From the NCBI GenBank assembly GCA_023664955.1, contig JAMPEV010000001.1, positions 1,360,188 to 1,424,187 on the forward strand: 64,000 nucleotides of DNA, read 5' to 3'. Position 1 is the first letter of the stretch. Each line of letters starts with the position of its first letter. Shown one piece after another: positions 59,976 to 64,000 of this stretch. The notes beneath the pieces were generated by a model, which was not told the origin of the DNA, made no database searches, and saw only the letters and a list, made by a program, of their open reading frames with translations. The stretch comes from Duncaniella sp. Lineage in GTDB: Bacteria > Bacteroidota > Bacteroidia > Bacteroidales > Muribaculaceae. A program made the position numbers and the translations under genes.

Positions 59976-61679
59976 ATGGCTAATTTTTATACCGATAACC
60001 CGGATTTGAAGCACCATCTCACCCACCCTTTGATGGAGAAGATCGTGGCTTTGAAAGAACGTAATTATACTGATGCCGAGAAGTATGACTATGCTCCTCT
60101 CAATTATGAGGATGCTCAGGACAGCTTCGACAAGGTTCTTGAAATCGTAGGCGAAATCTGCGGCGATATCATAGCCCCCAACGCCGAGGATGTTGACCAT
60201 CAGGGTCCACACGTGGAAAACAACCGTGTGGTTTATGCTGATAGGACCGTAGAAAACCTCGAAGCATGCCGCAAAGCAGGCCTCATGGGTATGGCTATGC
60301 CACGTCGCTTCGGTGGTCTCAACTTCCCCATCACTCCCTACATCATGGCGGCCGATATCGTGAGCCGTGCCGATACTGGTTTTGAAAACCTTTGGGGACT
60401 CCAGGACTGCGCTGAGACAATCTACGAATTTGCCGATGAAGACCAGAAGCAGCGTTATATCACACGTGTGTGTCAGGGCGAAACAATGTCCATGGATCTC
60501 ACCGAACCCGATGCTGGCTCTGATCTTCAGTCAGTTATGCTAAAAGCTACTGAGCAGCCCGATGGCACATGGGTACTCAACGGTGTCAAGCGATTCATCA
60601 CCAATGGCGATAGCGATATCCACCTGGTACTTGCGCGTTCAGAAGCCGGTTCAAAGGATGGCCGTGGCTTGTCAATGTTCATCTACGACAAGCGCAACGG
60701 TGGCGTGAACGTACGCCGTATCGAAAACAAAATGGGTATCAAGGGATCTCCCACCTGCGAACTCGTTTATAAGAATGCAAAGGCTGAATTGTGCGGTTCT
60801 CGCCGAATGGGTCTTATCAAATATGTGATGGCTCTTATGAACGGAGCTCGTCTCGGCATTGCCGCTCAGTCAGTAGGTGTTAGCGAACTCGCTTACCGCG
60901 AAGCACTTGCCTACGCAAAGGATCGTAAGCAGTTTGGCAAAGCTATCATCGAATTCCCGGCCGTATATGAGATGCTCTCTGTAATGAAAGCTAAGCTCGA
61001 TGCCTCTCGTTCACTTCTTTACGAGTGCGCACGATTTGTAGACATATACAAAATCTACGATGACATAGCAAAAGAACGCACCCTTACTCCCGACGAGCGT
61101 AAAGAATCAAAGCAATATAGCCGTTTCGCTGACGCCCTCACCCCCTTAGCTAAAGGTATGGGCAGTGAATATTGCAACCAGAATTCCTATGATTGCATCC
61201 AAATTCATGGCGGCTCAGGCTTCATGAAGGATTACGCTTGCGAACGCCTTTACCGCGATGCACGTATCACCTCAATCTATGAAGGTACAACCCAGCTTCA
61301 GGTTGTGGCAGCTATCCGCCACGTCACCACAGGCACATACCTCAATCTCATCCACCAATACCAGGAAACTGAGGTTAAACCTGAACTTCAGGGCATTAAG
61401 GATAAGCTCGCTGCTATGACCGAACGCTACGCCGCGGCTGTTGAGTCAGTTGGCAAGGTTGACGATACCGCTTACGCTGACTTTATGGCTCGACGTCTTG
61501 TTGAGATGGCAGGCGTGATTATAATGGGCAACCTCCTACTTCTCGATGCCAACCGCAACGACTCATTTAAGCGTTCAGCTGAAGTTTACACCAACTTAGC
61601 GCAATCAGAAGTGTCAAAGCACGCCGACTTCATCGCCAACTTCCAGCCTTCAGAAGTTGAAATATACAAAGTCGACTAA
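59976..61679 (+). CDS. Acyl-CoA dehydrogenase
   Basis: LTEPDAGSD, NGVKRFITNG, KMGIKGSPT, R.QFGK, QIHGG.G and IYEGT. Confidence 0.95.
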   Translation: MANFYTDNPDLKHHLTHPLMEKIVALKERNYTDAEKYDYAPLNYEDAQDSFDKVLEIVGEICGDIIAPNAEDVDHQGPHVENNRVVYADRTVENLEACRKAGLMGMAMPRRFGGLNFPITPYIMAADIVSRADTGFENLWGLQDCAETIYEFADEDQKQRYITRVCQGETMSMDLTEPDAGSDLQSVMLKATEQPDGTWVLNGVKRFITNGDSDIHLVLARSEAGSKDGRGLSMFIYDKRNGGVNVRRIENKMGIKGSPTCELVYKNAKAELCGSRRMGLIKYVMALMNGARLGIAAQSVGVSELAYREALAYAKDRKQFGKAIIEFPAVYEMLSVMKAKLDASRSLLYECARFVDIYKIYDDIAKERTLTPDERKESKQYSRFADALTPLAKGMGSEYCNQNSYDCIQIHGGSGFMKDYACERLYRDARITSIYEGTTQLQVVAAIRHVTTGTYLNLIHQYQETEVKPELQGIKDKLAAMTERYAAAVESVGKVDDTAYADFMARRLVEMAGVIIMGNLLLLDANRNDSFKRSAEVYTNLAQSEVSKHADFIANFQPSEVEIYKVD

Positions 61680-61728
61680 CTCCCATCCACCCCTAACAAA
61701 GAGCCCAATTTGTTGTTTTATACTCCCG

Positions 61729-61783
61729 ACTCATTATGGAGATTTCCCCTACCACGGTTAACCTCCATAATGAGTTGCTTTTG
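61729..61783 (+). terminator. etf/acd operon terminator
   Basis: ACTCATTATGGAG ... CTCCATAATGAGT followed by TGCTTTTG. Confidence 0.65.
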
Positions 61784-62074
61784 TATTTTGAGTTCATTCA
61801 CTTACCCAACATTATTGACTAACAAGTGATGAAAAAATCCTCCCATCGGAAATTTACCTACGGAAATTTATGAAGATTCCAAACTTAATTGCAACATCGG
61901 GATTGGAATTTGCCCCGGGAAATTTATTAAAAAAATTTGTGTAAATTGCGATATGTTCACAGAATTTTTTGTATCTTTGCAGTCGCTTTTTAGCATCCCC
62001 GTGTGATGGGAAATTAAGGAGCACCTACATAACAACTTAATTTTGAGTAACACAAACAAAAAAACAAACAGAAA

Positions 62075-62722
62075 ATGAAGACATTTCAGCTTTCAGCAGA
62101 GCCCCGTACTGACCTCGGAAAGAAGGCAGCAAAGGCCATCCGTAAGGAAAACAAAATTCCCGTAGTGCTCAACGGTGGTGAAATCATCACTCTCCCTTAC
62201 GAAAAAGCACTCAAGCCCGGCGAAAAAATCGTTGAAATAGGCAATGGCAAGGGACTTATCACAACTGACCTCACAGTCAATGCAGATGCTGTGCGCAAGC
62301 TCATCTATACTCCTGACATCTTCGCTATCGAACTCGATGTTAATGGCGAAAAGCGTATGGCTGTACTTAAGGATATTCAATTCCACCCAGTTAAGGATAC
62401 AGTGCTTCACATTGACCTTCTCGAAGTAAGCGATAAGAAGCCTGTGACTATCGAAGTTCCTGTTAAGCTCGAAGGTCACGCAGAAGGTGTGAAAGCCGGT
62501 GGTAAGCTCACCCTCTCTATGAAGAAAATCCGCGTGAAAGCTATATATACTGAAATTCCCGAACGTGTGGTTATCAATGTTGACCACCTCGGTCTCGGCA
62601 AAACCCTCCAAATCGGTGACCTCCACTTCGATGGCCTCGAATTGGTTAACGCCAAGAATGCCGTTGTATGCGCCGTTCAGCTCACTCGTGCAGCTCGTGG
62701 TGCTCAGGCCAATGCTCAGTAA
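62075..62722 (+). CDS. rplY: 50S ribosomal protein L25/Ctc
   Basis: R..LGKKAAK..R, KDIQFHPV.D.VLHID and GVKAGG. Upstream of pth, with TATCTTTG box at 61972-61979. Confidence 0.95.
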   Translation: MKTFQLSAEPRTDLGKKAAKAIRKENKIPVVLNGGEIITLPYEKALKPGEKIVEIGNGKGLITTDLTVNADAVRKLIYTPDIFAIELDVNGEKRMAVLKDIQFHPVKDTVLHIDLLEVSDKKPVTIEVPVKLEGHAEGVKAGGKLTLSMKKIRVKAIYTEIPERVVINVDHLGLGKTLQIGDLHFDGLELVNAKNAVVCAVQLTRAARGAQANAQ

Positions 62723-62767
62723 TAGCCATAGAATAGTCAGCTGATTAATTCTGCTGATGAAACCTCC

Positions 62768-62811
62768 AACAGATTTTCTCACATTACTGCGAGAAAATCT
62801 GTTTTTTGTTT
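62768..62811 (+). terminator. Intrinsic terminator between rplY and pth
   Basis: AACAGATTTTCTC / GAGAAAATCTGTT followed by TTTTGTTT. Confidence 0.8.
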
Positions 62812-62876
62812 GGGTTGTGTTATTAGACATGACACCATTCCCGTCTAATGATAAATAAAATTATAAGAAAAATAGA

Positions 62877-63440
62877 ATGAAATATCTAATTGTAGGTCTC
62901 GGCAACATTGGGTCGGAATATGCTCGTACCCGCCATAATGCCGGATTTAGAATAGCCGATGCTTTGGCTGAAGAGTGTGATGCCACTTTCAGCACTGAGC
63001 GGTATGGTGACATTGCACGAATGAGATTTAAGAACGCCCAGCTCGTAGTGCTAAAACCTTCTACCTATATGAATCTCTCAGGGAATGCCGTGAGATATTG
63101 GAAAGATAAGGAGGGAATTGAACTTGAAAACATACTTGTGATTGTGGATGATTGTGCTCTTCCCTTTGGAGCGATACGCATAAAACCCAGAGGCAGCGAT
63201 GCTGGTCATAACGGGCTGAAAAATATCGCCCAGATGCTTGGAACTCAAGACTATGCACGTCTGAAATTCGGAATAGGCAACGACTTCCCTCGCGGCACAC
63301 AAATCGACTATGTGCTTGGTAATTTCACAGATGATGAGGAAAAGGCTATGCCTGAGCGCATAAAACTTGCCGCAGACGCCGTAAAGACATTCTGTCTCGC
63401 CGGCATCCAAACCGCGATGAACAGTTACAATAACAAGTAA
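62877..63440 (+). CDS. pth: Peptidyl-tRNA hydrolase
   Basis: VGLGN, TRHNAGF, KP.TYMNLSG and GHNGLK. Confidence 0.97.
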   Translation: MKYLIVGLGNIGSEYARTRHNAGFRIADALAEECDATFSTERYGDIARMRFKNAQLVVLKPSTYMNLSGNAVRYWKDKEGIELENILVIVDDCALPFGAIRIKPRGSDAGHNGLKNIAQMLGTQDYARLKFGIGNDFPRGTQIDYVLGNFTDDEEKAMPERIKLAADAVKTFCLAGIQTAMNSYNNK

Positions 63441-63450
63441 CCTACTGTGT

Positions 63451-63876
63451 ATGAATGAAGTTAGAATTGATAAGTGGTTATGGGCAATGCGAATATTCAA
63501 AACTCGCACTATAGCCACAGAGGTATGTAAGAAAGGACGCGTGATGGTTGACGGCACCGTAGTAAAGCCCTCACGCACCATCAAAGTAGGCGATGTGATA
63601 AATGTACGCAAGCCGCCCATTACCTATTCTTTCCGTGTGCTTGCTTTGACGCAAAATAGGCTCGGGGCCAAACTCGTGCCGGAGTATATGGAAAATATAA
63701 CGCCCAAGAGCGAAATGGACCTCTTGGATGTTGTAAAAATTTCAGGATTCATTGACCGCCGGAAAGGATTGGGTCGCCCCACGAAGCGCGAAGGCAGAGA
63801 GTTGGCGGAATTCACCGATTTAATATCCGACGGATGGGATATTGATTTCCTTGACGATGATGAAGATGAACTGTAG
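63451..63876 (+). CDS. hslR: S4-domain RNA-binding protein (Hsp15/HslR)
   Basis: RIDKWLWA.R.FKTR..A and GRPTKREGR. Confidence 0.92.
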   Translation: MNEVRIDKWLWAMRIFKTRTIATEVCKKGRVMVDGTVVKPSRTIKVGDVINVRKPPITYSFRVLALTQNRLGAKLVPEYMENITPKSEMDLLDVVKISGFIDRRKGLGRPTKREGRELAEFTDLISDGWDIDFLDDDEDEL

Positions 63877-63928
63877 GAAGCAGCCCGTCAATCCCCATCA
63901 CTAAGTATCTACACTGGACAACGTGCCA

Positions 63929-64000
63929 CTACTCTGCCGGGTAATCGAACTTTTTGCGATAGAACATAAAGTCACGCCCGAGGTATTTTTCACGTACCGT
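63929..64000 (-). CDS. lptB: 3' end of LPS export ATPase LptB (partial)
   Basis: Manual translation ...TVREKYLGRDFMFYRKKFDYPAE* resembles the LptB C-terminal VR..YLG motif. Only 23 codons are visible. Confidence 0.6.
   Translation of the reverse strand, partial: TVREKYLGRDFMFYRKKFDYPAE

Noticed and set aside
62093-62830. 245-aa antisense ORF over rplY
   Set aside because: It is the typical stop-free reverse frame of a highly biased ribosomal protein gene, with no supporting promoter or motif.
63872-63890. AGGAAGCAGCC resembling SRP RNA helix 8
   Set aside because: It overlaps the hslR stop and lacks the upstream TCAGG-GNRA arm and the long closing stem.

Overview
Chromosomal segment of a Bacteroidales bacterium, probably Muribaculaceae-like. 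That call is inferred from TAnnTTTG -7 promoter boxes, AT-rich leaders without Shine-Dalgarno motifs, a T9SS-type C-terminal signal and the gene content. Most of the window is housekeeping: rsmG, rpmH, ftsK-lolA-trxB, recR, purH-mreBCD-mrdA-rodA, rpsO, bamD-rpoZ, htpG, ffh-folD, panCD, rlmH, nadC, purL, etfBA-acd and rplY-pth-hslR. An accessory block at about 38-47.5 kb holds a six-repeat T9SS cargo protein, a cupin / hcp remnant / rubredoxin cluster and a heavy-metal RND pump. I saw no tRNA, rRNA, CRISPR array, IS or prophage. Best candidates for under-described biology: (1) an alpha/beta-hydrolase + membrane-anchored MurF-like ligase + divergent Ddl operon; (2) a ~1 kb AT-rich region with clustered TTACA/TTGCA motifs in front of an XRE-HTH gene; (3) a stand-alone DUF6291-like small gene with its own promoter and terminator; (4) an hcp gene collapsed by a ~1.3 kb internal deletion; (5) several structured intergenic or leader RNAs. 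All family assignments are by motif recognition, not database search.
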